DNA of 64,000 nucleotides from Takakia lepidozioides. Taxonomy: Eukaryota > Plantae > Bryophyta. Below the pieces are notes generated by a model that saw only the letters and a list, made by a program, of their open reading frames with translations, was not told where the DNA came from and ran no database searches. A program made the position numbers and the translations under genes. Of this stretch, positions 53,705 to 64,000 are shown in pieces. Numbering within the stretch: position 1 is the stretch's first letter; every line of letters starts with the position of its first letter. The stretch spans positions 78,554,001-78,618,000 of the forward strand of contig CM060731.1 in the NCBI GenBank assembly GCA_030704615.1, written 5' to 3'.

Positions 53705-56452
53705 TTGAAGTTGATGCACGTATCTGAGATGCAAAAATTGGCTCCTGCACAAACTCAAACTGAAAAGCGATCTCGGGAGTTGGCTGTGAGTGAGCCATGG
53801 AATGAGGCTGAATCTGAGGCTGATTCCCATGAGGCCAAGATGAAACGAAGCAAGGACGTCACTAGGGAAATCGGAAGATTGGTGAAATTGCCAGAATTTT
53901 ATGGTAAGCCATCTGTCAAGCCCGAGGAAATATTGTCTTTCCTGGATACATTAGAAGAGTTCTTTGAGGACGATTATTCAGAGTAAGCCAAGATACAGAC
54001 AGCTGCTCTGCAGCTCCGTGATGCCGCCAAGCTATGGTGGTCGCGCCAAAAATAGGAACGCCATGAATACAAGAAACCACCTGTGGATAGTTAGGCTATG
54101 TTTAAGACATTGTTCTTAGCCCACTACCTACCTAGCGACTATGCACACAAGATGAAAGTAGAACTGTTCGGGTTGAAACTGGAGACCTTGAGTGGTGGTG
54201 AATTCAAAACTAGATTTGAGACCCACGCAAGCTACTTTTCTTCCTGAGTGAAGAAGACGGGGTTGATTTCTTTGTGGATGGCCTGAATGATTCCCTTAAA
54301 TATAAAGTCAAGGCCCACAATCCTCGAACAAAAGCAGAGGCCTATCGCTTGGCTTGTAACTTTGAAAGTGAGATCAGGGCACAGAGGATTGTAACTCAGG
54401 CTCGTGAATTTAAGCCAGTTGCAGTGCCATCTTGGCAACCAACTAAGAAAAAGGGGAACTAGAAAAGGTTCAAGCCCTATAACAAAAGGCAAGATGGCTC
54501 GAATAGTCGAAGGCCATCGCAGGTAGAAGCCCCTGCACAGCTCAGTGCCAAGGAACATGAAGAACATAGGTGCAAAGGATTGTGTTTTATCTGCCATGAG
54601 TGGGGTCACAGGGTTAGAGAATGTCCTAAGTGTCAGGCTCGGCAGGCAGCCACAGTGGTAGTTCAGAAACCAGCCGAACCTTTGACCATAGCAGAAGTGA
54701 CTGATGAAGGGCCAAGTCAGGAAAAAAGAAAAGGAACTCATATTCGGGTTTCAACAGCAGTTGTTGAGGATCAGGTGGCCTACAATCCTAATGTCTTTCG
54801 GGTTTATGGCAAGGTAGCTGGATCTGCCACCCAGGTGTTGATAGACACTGGAAGCACTCACAATATGTTGTCCAAGAACTTTGCTGACAACCTGAACCTG
54901 GCTCAAGAAAATGTGCAGCCTTCCCACATTCTGCTACCCAACGGCGGTGTGGAGTTTACACACAGACATTTGTCAGAGGTGCTAATGATCCTGCAAGGTG
55001 TACACACGACAGCAGATTTCGAGGTCTGGGATGGAGCTCGGTACGACTGCATCCTCGGTATTCAATGGCTGGATCCAGTGGATGCGGTGGTAGTCTATAA
55101 GCTCGGAACGGTCAGTGGGACTTTGCCAACTGGAGAGGCATTCAATCTTAAAGGTACTAGGGCCCTTCCTAATGTCCCAATCTTGTCAGCCTTGCAGATC
55201 AAGAGGTACATTCGTAAAGGGGACACGCAACTTTTTGTTGTTAGCGTGCATGAACCATCAGGAATAGAGTGTGTGAAAAATTCGTATCCTAGACCTGATA
55301 TACTGCTGCATGAATATGTTGATGGGTTTCTTGATGAACTTCCTGGAATGCCCCCTGAGCGAGAGATTGATCATGCTATTGAACTAGTGACGGATGCTGT
55401 ACCAGTTGCAAAGGCGCCATACAGACATTCAATCGCAGAGAATGAGGAATAAGAAAGACAATTGAATGATTTGCTTGAGAAAGAGTACATTCTCCCAAAT
55501 AAGTCACCCTGGGGCGCTCCAGTGATGTTCAAGAAAAAGAAAGATGGAAGTCTGAGGTTGTGTGTTGATTATAGGTGGTTGAACAAGTTCACCATCAAGA
55601 ATAAGTTTCATCTGCCTCGTGTAGACGACCTGTTTGACCATCTGTATGGGAGTCAAGTTTTTTCAAAGCTTGATCTCCGATCTGGATATCACCAGATACG
55701 AATCAATGATTCTGACATACTGAAGACCGGATTTCGATCCCGCTTTGGTCATTACGAATTCTTGGTGATGCCATTTGGGCTCACGAATGCTCCAACAACA
55801 TTCACGCATCTACTGAATTCCCTGTTTCAAAAGTATTTTGGAAAGATGGTCTTGATCTACATGGATGACATACTGATATACTCGAAGATCAAAGAAGAGC
55901 ACGAACTGCAGTTACGTGTGGTCTTAGACATACTGAGAAAGAACCATCTGTTTGCTAAGAAAAGCAAGTGTGAGTTCTTTGTGGACCACATGGATTACTT
56001 GGGATTTCTCCAAAGATGGAATCTCGATTGATCCCAAGAAAGTCCAGACAGTGGCTGAGTGGTCTAAGCCAAGTGATAAGACAGAGGTCGGAAGCTTTAT
56101 TGGATTTGCCAGCTTCCTACGGAAGTTTGTCAAGTCTTTTTCACAGATTGCAGCTCTGTTGACTGACTTACTTAAGGACTCAAGTCCTGTAAGCTTGAGA
56201 GATGTCTGGATAGGAGAATGTGATAACAATTTTGAAAAATTGAAATTGCTTTGACGCACACTACTGTACTGAAAATTGCTTGATCCTACTAAGGGAGCAA
56301 TTGTATTCTGTAATGATGCAAGTGATCTTGCTGTCGGGGCTGTGTTGATGCAAGATGGATATGTGATTGCATATGAATCTCGAAAGGTCAGTCCAGCAGA
56401 GAAGAATTACCTGACTCATGACTGTTTGCAATAGTTCATGCCTTAAAGATAT
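53705..56452 (+). mobile_element. Decayed Ty3/gypsy gag-pol (gag, CCHC knuckle, PR, RT, RNase H), interrupted by copy B
   Basis: [57 protein letters not shown]. The reading AIVHALKI stops exactly at the LTR of copy B. Confidence 0.92.
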
Positions 56453-56806
56453 TGTCAAGTTAAATAAGCACAGTGTGAAACTAACTAGAATAAAGCTAGT
56501 TATTTGTATTTAACACTTGGATTTAGATCAAGTGTTAAATCAGGTGTCAAGTTTAGTTTGACACCTGAATTGTCTTATCTTCACGAGAGCGTCAGTCGCG
56601 CAGCTCATCTCTCTCGAGTTGAGCCTGCGCGACCGAGCTCCTTCATCGTTTAGAACTGAGTGTACTTATGATGGGAGGATAGGTTGTTGTGGGGTGGAGT
56701 CCCCATAGCTTGGGGTGCCCCTGGCTCGACTATTATCTGAAAGAGTGATGATGAGATGGATTTCATGTTTCTTGTGTTAAGAGTGTGTTCTTAGCTTTTC
56801 TTATCA
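56453..56806 (+). repeat. 5' LTR of copy B (diverged from A and C)
   Basis: Same termini, shared TTATCTTCACG and CTCATCT.TCTCGAGTTGAGCC motifs; followed by CTCGAGAGAGATGA. Confidence 0.85.
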
Positions 56807-56820
56807 CTCGAGAGAGATGA
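56807..56820 (+). promoter_or_regulatory. Putative self-priming PBS of copy B
   Basis: 56806-56820 is the perfect reverse complement of LTR positions 56605-56619. Confidence 0.75.
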
Positions 56821-59276
56821 TGCTATCTAGTTTTCTAGTGCTAAGGATGCGTGGCTGCAAATATGAGTAGTATCGTTCAAACCCCTCATTTCTCATGAGT
56901 GCCTAGGGTTGTCTTTATTATGTTTGTTTTAGCACTATTATAATATATATCTTGGGGCAGGAGTCCATCTGGCCCTGCTGTTGCCATGGGTATGCGCTTG
57001 TTGTTTCACACATTGGCGTTGGTGGTGATCAGGGTGTAGTCATCCCTGTTTGTGGTGGCGGGTGCGCGCAGGGGGCCCTGGCAGCTCTGCTGCCTGAGCG
57101 CTGGGGCAGGCTGAGCACCCAGTAGGCCAGTCGTGCCCAACTTGTGTGGTCCGTTGTGTTGCAGCTCAAGAAGGGCCATTGGCTTGTAGCCCCATTCTGG
57201 GTTGCAAGCATATTGCTAGATTCACCGTGCCCTGTAGAGACTCGTTGCCAGCGTACAGGGAAAGGTAGTCGGAGGAGGCAGGTAGGTCGTGGGCCTTCTC
57301 CACTTTCCCCTGAATGGGAATCGCCAAGGCCATCTCCATAACGAAGGCGCGGTTGCCTTTTAAGAGCACAATGCCATCAGTTGCAGGGTGGAGGAGCTCG
57401 ATTTTGAGAAGTCCAGACCATAGTTTGCTACCGTGCTTAGTAAAGGCAGTGATCGGTGAACTGGAGGTGTCCATGTGTTGTGAGGGGCCTGGCGCAGCGT
57501 ACTTTTTGGGATCAGAGTGGGAGCTGTCGGCGTCACTGTTGAGCGCACTCGATGCTCGTTTGATACCTGGGTTGTTAGCCAAGAGCACCAGGTGGCGTAG
57601 GTGTTGCAGAGCGGAGGATAATCTGGTGGTCTGACGGGTTGGTTATCACAGGAGTTTGTGTTGCTGGAGCGCCTGGGGCATGTGTGTCATTGATCGTTGG
57701 CAGATTCTGCGCAGAGCGAGTTTGGTAGGCGCGCTCCGTTGCAAAGAACTGTTCGTCAGAGAGATGCATGTCGCTGATCTCGGTGTACCGTCTGTGTAGC
57801 CTTCCATTGTCACTTCGTTGGTTGAATGCTGCTTTCTAGTGGAATGGGGTTTTGTGGCTTGGGATGGCCGGAGTGCAGAAGGCATGAGGGCAGTTGGACA
57901 CCTGCCGCGCACTGCTAAAGAGAAGCTCGTGGTGGCAGTGCTTACAGGCCACCTTGATGTGGCGGCATTGCGACTTCCTGCCAGCCAGTACGTCAGTACT
58001 CTTTTGAGCCCCCTGAAGCATTAATTCACACACCTGATGAAGATTTCTAAGGTTGTGGTGGAAAGAATGGTTGGCAATCTTTCCAGCCAATAGTGAAAGT
58101 TGGGACTAGCGCCTTGTGCCTCGTGGTTGGTCAAGCTGGCCACAACAGCTTTTCTTTGTGGTTCGTTGAACTATAGGCTTGGCAACTTTTTACATGAGCC
58201 TGTGCATGGCCTTGTAAAGATGGTTAATGCAGCTGAACTCCACATTGAGCCAGCACAACAAGCTGCTGCACTTACGCCAGCCCCTTTGCAACAGCAAGCC
58301 TCCAGGCAATCTATTACTGGTCATCTCTCTTCATCCGATTCTTTGGAGGGTAGTCAAATGTCAGGCAGCTGTGAGAAAGGCCAAGCAAGAGCAGTCCAGG
58401 GAAGGATTGACGAGGTCACCAGATCTTAGGCCATTTGCTGGAAGGGAGGGGCGCTTTCTGACAGTGTCAACCTCCCAGGTTGGCGATCCTCAGGTTTTGG
58501 AGGATTGAACCTCAAGGTTGTGTTTGTTGCAGGAGAGCATGAGAGTGGGAGACTGTGGACTCACCAGGTGACACTTGGTGTATGAGCGGGATATGAGCTG
58601 AAGGGGCCCAGCTCACTACACGACCTGCTCGGTCTATGTTTACAATCCAGAACTTGAGGGCAGCCCGTGCCAACTCCATGTAAAGGCTTACACAATCAGT
58701 GATAGCAGATCTGTTGTTGCCACCTTGAAAAATCAGCACGCATGAAGGGCTGTAAGTGTTCTTGATCAAAGCTAGTTAGCTCTGGTGCTTTCCGGGGTTG
58801 CATTGTAAGTGCTCCTGCTTTTGTTGGGAATATTGGTGCAAAGGATTAAGGCTCGGCATAGCTACGGATCTCGACTGGAGGAGAGCAGGTCACTGGTAAC
58901 CAAGAGCTGTGGGGGGTGCATTTGTAAACACAACTGAAATCCTAGGAATTATAGGGCATGTGGCCAGGGAACCTAGGAAACCATATAGAACTTAGGGAAC
59001 CGGGAACCAGTTACCAGATATTTTGGGTGTAACTTTAAATGATTTAAAGCCAAATTGGTCATATCTTTGTCAAATGGACTCTGTTTGACTCAGTTCTTGA
59101 GGGGATAGCTGCAGAAAGGGGAAATCTACCTATCTCAACCTGGTTTTAGTTTTTGGGACTCTGCTAAAAATCTATGGAATTTTTAGAATGTGAGTGTGCC
59201 ATGAAAGATCCACAATTCTGTTTCTAGAACCTGTTCTGGTCTACATGAGAGATAAATCTGGGGATGTACTCCTTGT

Positions 59277-59903
59277 ATGGCTGGGGGAAATGAGGACGTA
59301 ATTGAAGGGCAGGTCTCTTCTCTTAGCCTGTGTACACAAGGGGACATAATTTATGTTTCCCAAGGAACTCAGACTGATTTGAGTGGAGAACAGTTGGACG
59401 AGTTGATTGCATACTGGGAGTCAGGCATTAGCAGTGGACAACAAACTGCTGTAGTTGGCGTTGAGGGCCTCAATATCGCTTTGGACAGTCAGAACTCTGT
59501 TGGAGCCAGCAGTTCTGCAGCTGTAGGTGAAATACCTAAGTGGGTGAAAGCTAGGCTTGGAACACAGCCAAAGACAGCCCCGGGTACCAAGGTGTTCAGC
59601 CACAAGGCCATGGTGTACTGGAGCAGAGGAGCAGGAGCTACACAAGTTTGTGCAATCAGACATGGTTGCAGCCGGACACGCTCTACACAAGGCAATCGCG
59701 AGCGGGGGTTCATTAGCAATGACAAGTTTGTTTTTCTTGAAGGAGATGCAGTCATCCGCAATGAGGACACCCGTAATCGTCTCAAAGCTTTCGAGTTGAG
59801 AGACTATCAGACCCTACCTTTGTTTTCTTTAGTGTTCAGTGAGCGGGAGATAGGGAGTATTGCTTTGTCTCTACCTGGCAGAAAGAAGAGGAGGGTTGGT
59901 TAG
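59277..59903 (+). CDS. Unknown 208-aa ORF in the leader of copy B
   Basis: ATG-initiated uninterrupted ORF with a C-terminal basic RKKRR; no family recognised. Confidence 0.4.
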   Translation: MAGGNEDVIEGQVSSLSLCTQGDIIYVSQGTQTDLSGEQLDELIAYWESGISSGQQTAVVGVEGLNIALDSQNSVGASSSAAVGEIPKWVKARLGTQPKTAPGTKVFSHKAMVYWSRGAGATQVCAIRHGCSRTRSTQGNRERGFISNDKFVFLEGDAVIRNEDTRNRLKAFELRDYQTLPLFSLVFSEREIGSIALSLPGRKKRRVG

Positions 59904-60559
59904 AGCGAGCTACTGTAGCTTGGGACAAGGTTAGTGGCAGGTTTCTGGACATAGATATACCTCCTACACCTTATTATCATGCAGAGCGAGGCACTTTGAG
60001 AGAAGTCTGGCAGTTGATAGCATAGATCAGGATTAGATCTTGCTGGGTCGGGCTTTTATTCTTCCCCTCCATCTCTGTACTATTTTCATTATCTTGTACT
60101 TGTAGTTGCCAAAGCCTCTCTTGGTGGAGGCCAGTCAGTCCGGGGTTTTGGGCTGGGATATTCTGCAGGATCAGCATTGCAGATGGATTTTGGTGTGGGG
60201 GTGTTGATGTTTTGATTTCTTGTGTTTGGATCCCCCCAACACCTGCATGCTTGACTGTGCGCCATGTTGGTTTTGTGTGGGCGCTTGCTTTCATAGGGAT
60301 TAGGCCGGATTTGATCACCGGTCAATCTTAGAGTATGCTGTCGGTGGTGAGGCTGGAGTGATGACCAACAAGACCACCAGTGTTTCTTCTATGGTGAGAC
60401 TGGGTTGATGACCAGCCACCATAGGAGTTCTTGCGGTGGATGCAGGTGCAGGTGCCCTGAGCCACTGGGATATGACCCTTAAACTGCAACAGGTGCCCAC
60501 CCGTGTCACTATTAGAATTAGTACTAGAGCCTTATAGTGTCACGTGGGGAGGTGCACAT

Positions 60560-62140
60560 TGTGAGTGTCATCACGGAGTTACCCAGGGTTCTGAGGGGAG
60601 TACGGCTACAGGCAGTAGTAGTGAGAGTGGGTTCACCAGATGAGGTGTTCGTTTCAGACCACCTTCACCTCCACCTTCAACTAATGCAGAGTCAGACACA
60701 GACTCGGAGGCTTCATCAACAGGTGTGCAGTTTTATTCGCCATTGTTGTGGGACGACATGGAGGAGATGTATGGAGCTACCAAGGGGCTTCGTAGGTACT
60801 CTGGAGCTGTGGCACAATCGAGTTGGATGACTTTATCCAGGAGTTCGACAGCTGGTGTGATTTGCAGCAGATGCGCAATCCACAGCTATTCACCCCATTC
60901 ATGGCGTGGAAGGGACTGTTCCAGCATTTGGAAGGCCCGCCTATGGACGATTACCACGAGTTCAGTGAGGACATGAAGCAGAGATTGAGGAGTGGAGGAT
61001 GTATTGGTCACCTGACTACGTCTCCATTACTCGAGGCACGACGCGACCAGTAGCTGCATCAGTATCAATATCTTCCACTGCCAGCACTAGTAGTGGAACA
61101 AGTAGTGCCGGTACTTCTGCAGGTGGTACCAGTTCAAAAGGTGCTACTACTCCTCTTGCCACGACTACAACACATGTGCCTAGATTCAACCCGGTGGTGG
61201 AGTTCTTTCCAGGAGTTGCGGAGGAACTTCCAAGGTGTACGGACAGAGAAGCTGCGAAGTTTGCAAGACTTCCAGCGCAAACCCAGTGAGAGCCTGCGAG
61301 AGGCCTACACTCGTATGAGGCGCTTGATAAGTGTGACCCAAGGGGTTACTGAAGCTCAGGCAATCCAGTTCTGGTATGGAATTTTGGACAAAGAGCTCAG
61401 GAGAAGGTGCGGATGCAACCCTGTTACAAGCAGCCCAACCCACATTAGCAGATGTGTTTCTGCTGGCTGAGCGGATTGAGCTCAACATGGTGGAGGAGCG
61501 AGTTGTTACCATTGGATTTGGCAAGGACATGCCTGCACGAGGCACAGCTGCCAGCCCACAGGCACAAGGGACTGCCCAACAGCGTGGTCAGGGGGCAAGG
61601 TTTCCCAACCCAAGTTCCATGGAGCTTACAGGGGACCTCAGGTGCAGAGGCCCGTGGCATCTTTTGCAGGCCAACAGCAACCAGGGGTGATATGTTGGAC
61701 ATGTGGAGGACCCCATGTCAAGAGAGATTGCCCAGAGAGTGGCAGAAGGCCGGCACAAGCACAGCCTGCACAGTTGCAGTGTGGGCATTGTGGCAAGTAT
61801 GGGCATGGAGATGCCCAGTGTTATGACTTGCATCCTGAGTTGCGCCCAGGCCAGTTCCAAGGGAACAATGGTGGCCGGGGGCGAGGTGGACCAGCCCAGA
61901 GAGGACGAGGTGGTCGGGCACGAGGTGCAGGCCAAGGGCAAGCTCAACATGGCCAAGGACGCGGAGGTCAGGGTGTTGACCAAGGCATGGCCAACCGGCT
62001 TCAGCAGCTAGAGCAGAGGCTCGCTGCCATGGCTACAGCTCAGGCGGTACCGGCTCCCAGGCGGGATGGTCCACCTCCTCTCCTGAGGGAGGAGATATGG
62101 GAGGCATGGGATTCATGTGCGGAGCAGCACTACCACTAGC
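60560..62140 (+). pseudogene. Gag of copy B (frameshifted)
   Basis: Fragments LLWDDMEEMYG, DDFIQEFDSWCDLQQ, CWTCGGPHVKRDC and CGHCGKYGHGDAQC match gag of copy A. Confidence 0.88.
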
Positions 62141-62142
62141 AG

Positions 62143-63417
62143 GTGGAGTCTGCTGCAGCCGTGACTCGAGGAGCAGCACGAGTTCCTGAGCCACGAGGTG
62201 CAGAGGTGGAATTGGATCCACAGCGTGGGGAGGCAAGCCGTCAGGCGAGGCTTCCTCAGTCATTCACATTGGCGGAGACAGTGTCGACGCCATCCATGGC
62301 ACCTAGTTCTCGCCCGACTATTACCGAGGCGGAGGTTACTATGCCATTGGGGAGAGCTACACGTGCAGCACTGACACCTGCTACCAAGGCTAGTGCAGCC
62401 GGTGTGTTATTGGGGGCAGCCACCTCTGTGTGTCAAGCCCCACTGTTCTCGGCAACCATGATTGCGACGCCGGGGGTAAGACCAGCTGCAGTGTTCAGAC
62501 TAGCAGCAACACTCTGTGAGAGTGGGGAGGTCACTTCATCTTCTGCGGAGTTAGTGGAAGGTGTAGTGGCAGAGGGATCCTCGGATTTGAGGGTCAAGAC
62601 TGCCACGGCTGCGCCATGGCAAGCTGCAGCTGCCAGGTTGACGGAGCTGCCAGCTAGGCCAGCCTTTGAGCGCGCCATGGTGACACCTGGAGTTGTCTTG
62701 TTAGACAACCAGGATGACATTTTCTCTTTGAGTGGACCGGCAGGCAAGAAGTACCGGCCACTGCGGGTCTTGTTGGACTCGGGAGCTCAGCCACTGATGT
62801 TGGGCAGAGCTGCTATTGCAGGTTTGGGCCTCATGGAGGCGGATATGGAGCCTTGTCCTTTCCAGATACAGACATCTCTGGGAGGATCAGAGCAGGCTCG
62901 GGGCATGACACGGCGTGAGTTGGCCATTAGACTGCAGCCGGATCATCCTATAGATGGCTCAGTGATGCGAGCCAAGGCCATTGTGACAGACGCGGTCTCT
63001 TACGATGTCCTCGTTGGTGGGGCAGTGTTATATCCCATGGGCTTCACCCTGGACTTTTGGGAGGAGTCAGCATCCTACAGGCCTGGATGGCAGTCAGGGG
63101 ATGGTCGTCGTGCACAGCTCCCTGTGACATTCATTGGGGGTATTGCGGCTGCCCAGCGGGGCAAGATGCCAACACTAGCCGCCTTTACAGCTGCAGTTAG
63201 TTGGCCTGGAGAGTTGCTGGAAGGCAATGCCCATGCAGAGGATGTGCCACCTCCAGCAGAGCAGGATGACATGCATGGTACGGCGGAGTTGCCTGCCATG
63301 GTTGCTCACACTCCATTGTGGGGTACGAGCAAGGATTTGCAGCAGGCTGCTGATGGACGGGTGCAACAAGCCTGGGTAGAGGCCTTCGTACCGTCAGAGA
63401 AGAGGAGAGTGCGGTGA
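62143..63417 (+). CDS. Gag-pol linker plus aspartic protease (copy B)
   Basis: 424-aa open segment with VLLDSGAQ and YDVLVG. Confidence 0.88.
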   Translation: MESAAAVTRGAARVPEPRGAEVELDPQRGEASRQARLPQSFTLAETVSTPSMAPSSRPTITEAEVTMPLGRATRAALTPATKASAAGVLLGAATSVCQAPLFSATMIATPGVRPAAVFRLAATLCESGEVTSSSAELVEGVVAEGSSDLRVKTATAAPWQAAAARLTELPARPAFERAMVTPGVVLLDNQDDIFSLSGPAGKKYRPLRVLLDSGAQPLMLGRAAIAGLGLMEADMEPCPFQIQTSLGGSEQARGMTRRELAIRLQPDHPIDGSVMRAKAIVTDAVSYDVLVGGAVLYPMGFTLDFWEESASYRPGWQSGDGRRAQLPVTFIGGIAAAQRGKMPTLAAFTAAVSWPGELLEGNAHAEDVPPPAEQDDMHGTAELPAMVAHTPLWGTSKDLQQAADGRVQQAWVEAFVPSEKRRVR

Positions 63418-64000
63418 TTGCACCAGGACCACCTCAGTTGTCGCCATTGGACACCACACCTCTTGTGTGGCAGTGCCCGGATGAAGGCATATGCCTTCTG
63501 GACTTGTTTGGCGGGATCAGCACTGGATTGGCTGCAGTACTGCAGGCAGGTGTACGAGTTCGACGTTACCTGTATGTGGAGAGGATGAGACTGCACGACG
63601 CGTCTCACTGCGCCAGTTGCTCAGTTGGTACAGCAGTACCCTGATTTGTTGCCAGTGTCTGCAGTTCGTGGATACCAACAAGCCTTGCCAGCAGACATTT
63701 CGTTGCTGGGGGCGCAGGATTTGGAGCAGGTTGGCTCCATTGATCTGGTAGTGGCAGGTTGGCCCTGCCAAGGGCATTCATCAGCCGGGCATGGCAATGG
63801 ATTGCGAGACTCGAGGACGGGTCTGTTTTGGGAGATGGTGCGGATTTTGCGCCACTTGCAGCTTCATCAAGCTGTATCTCCAGCATACATCTTGGAGAAT
63901 GTGCCACTGATGGGTGATTCTCGGGCCAGGGTGATGGCCAGTGTGCATCAAGTCCGGTCGTGGCTTGGGTCAGCAGTGTTGCTGGATGCAGCTGCAGTGG
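63414..64000 (+). pseudogene. C5 DNA methyltransferase domain (copy B), truncated by the window end
   Basis: LDLFGGIS, YVE, DLVVAGWPCQGHS, GLRDSRTGLF and YILENV; small indels near 63585-63625. Confidence 0.92.

Larger units (their letters stand above)
56453..64000 (+). mobile_element. Copy B: DNMT-gypsy retrotransposon (LTR, long leader, gag, PR, DNMT), continuing beyond the window
   Basis: LTR TGTCAAG...TTATCA; gag, PR and DNMT are colinear and highly similar to copy A. Confidence 0.92.

Overview
Eukaryotic, repeat-rich DNA, most likely from a non-seed land plant such as a moss (inferred from the host protein and the transposon types). There is one host gene: a 17-coding-exon SIZ1-type SUMO E3 ligase (minus strand, 27798-41216, 961 aa as reconstructed by hand). 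The main system is a Ty3/gypsy-order LTR retrotransposon family present three times. Copy A is 12339-24087 (minus), copy B runs from 56453 past the window end (plus), and copy C runs from before the window start to 2116 (minus). Its polyprotein carries a C5-cytosine DNA methyltransferase domain between the protease and the RT position, and its integrase ends in a PHD finger instead of a chromodomain. It has no tRNA primer-binding site. Instead, the PBS position is complementary to a hairpin loop inside its own LTR, with a compensatory base change between copies, which points to self-primed reverse transcription. Copy A has lost RT/RNase H by in-frame deletion and carries a nested CACTA element. 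Copy B has extra ORFs in a long leader and is inserted in another gypsy element. Also present: a ~7.5 kb two-tier inverted repeat whose spacer holds a restriction-like-endonuclease non-LTR retrotransposon remnant, two hAT-type MITEs, two decayed gypsy pol regions and several tandem repeats. All coordinates were read by hand and may be off by a few bases.
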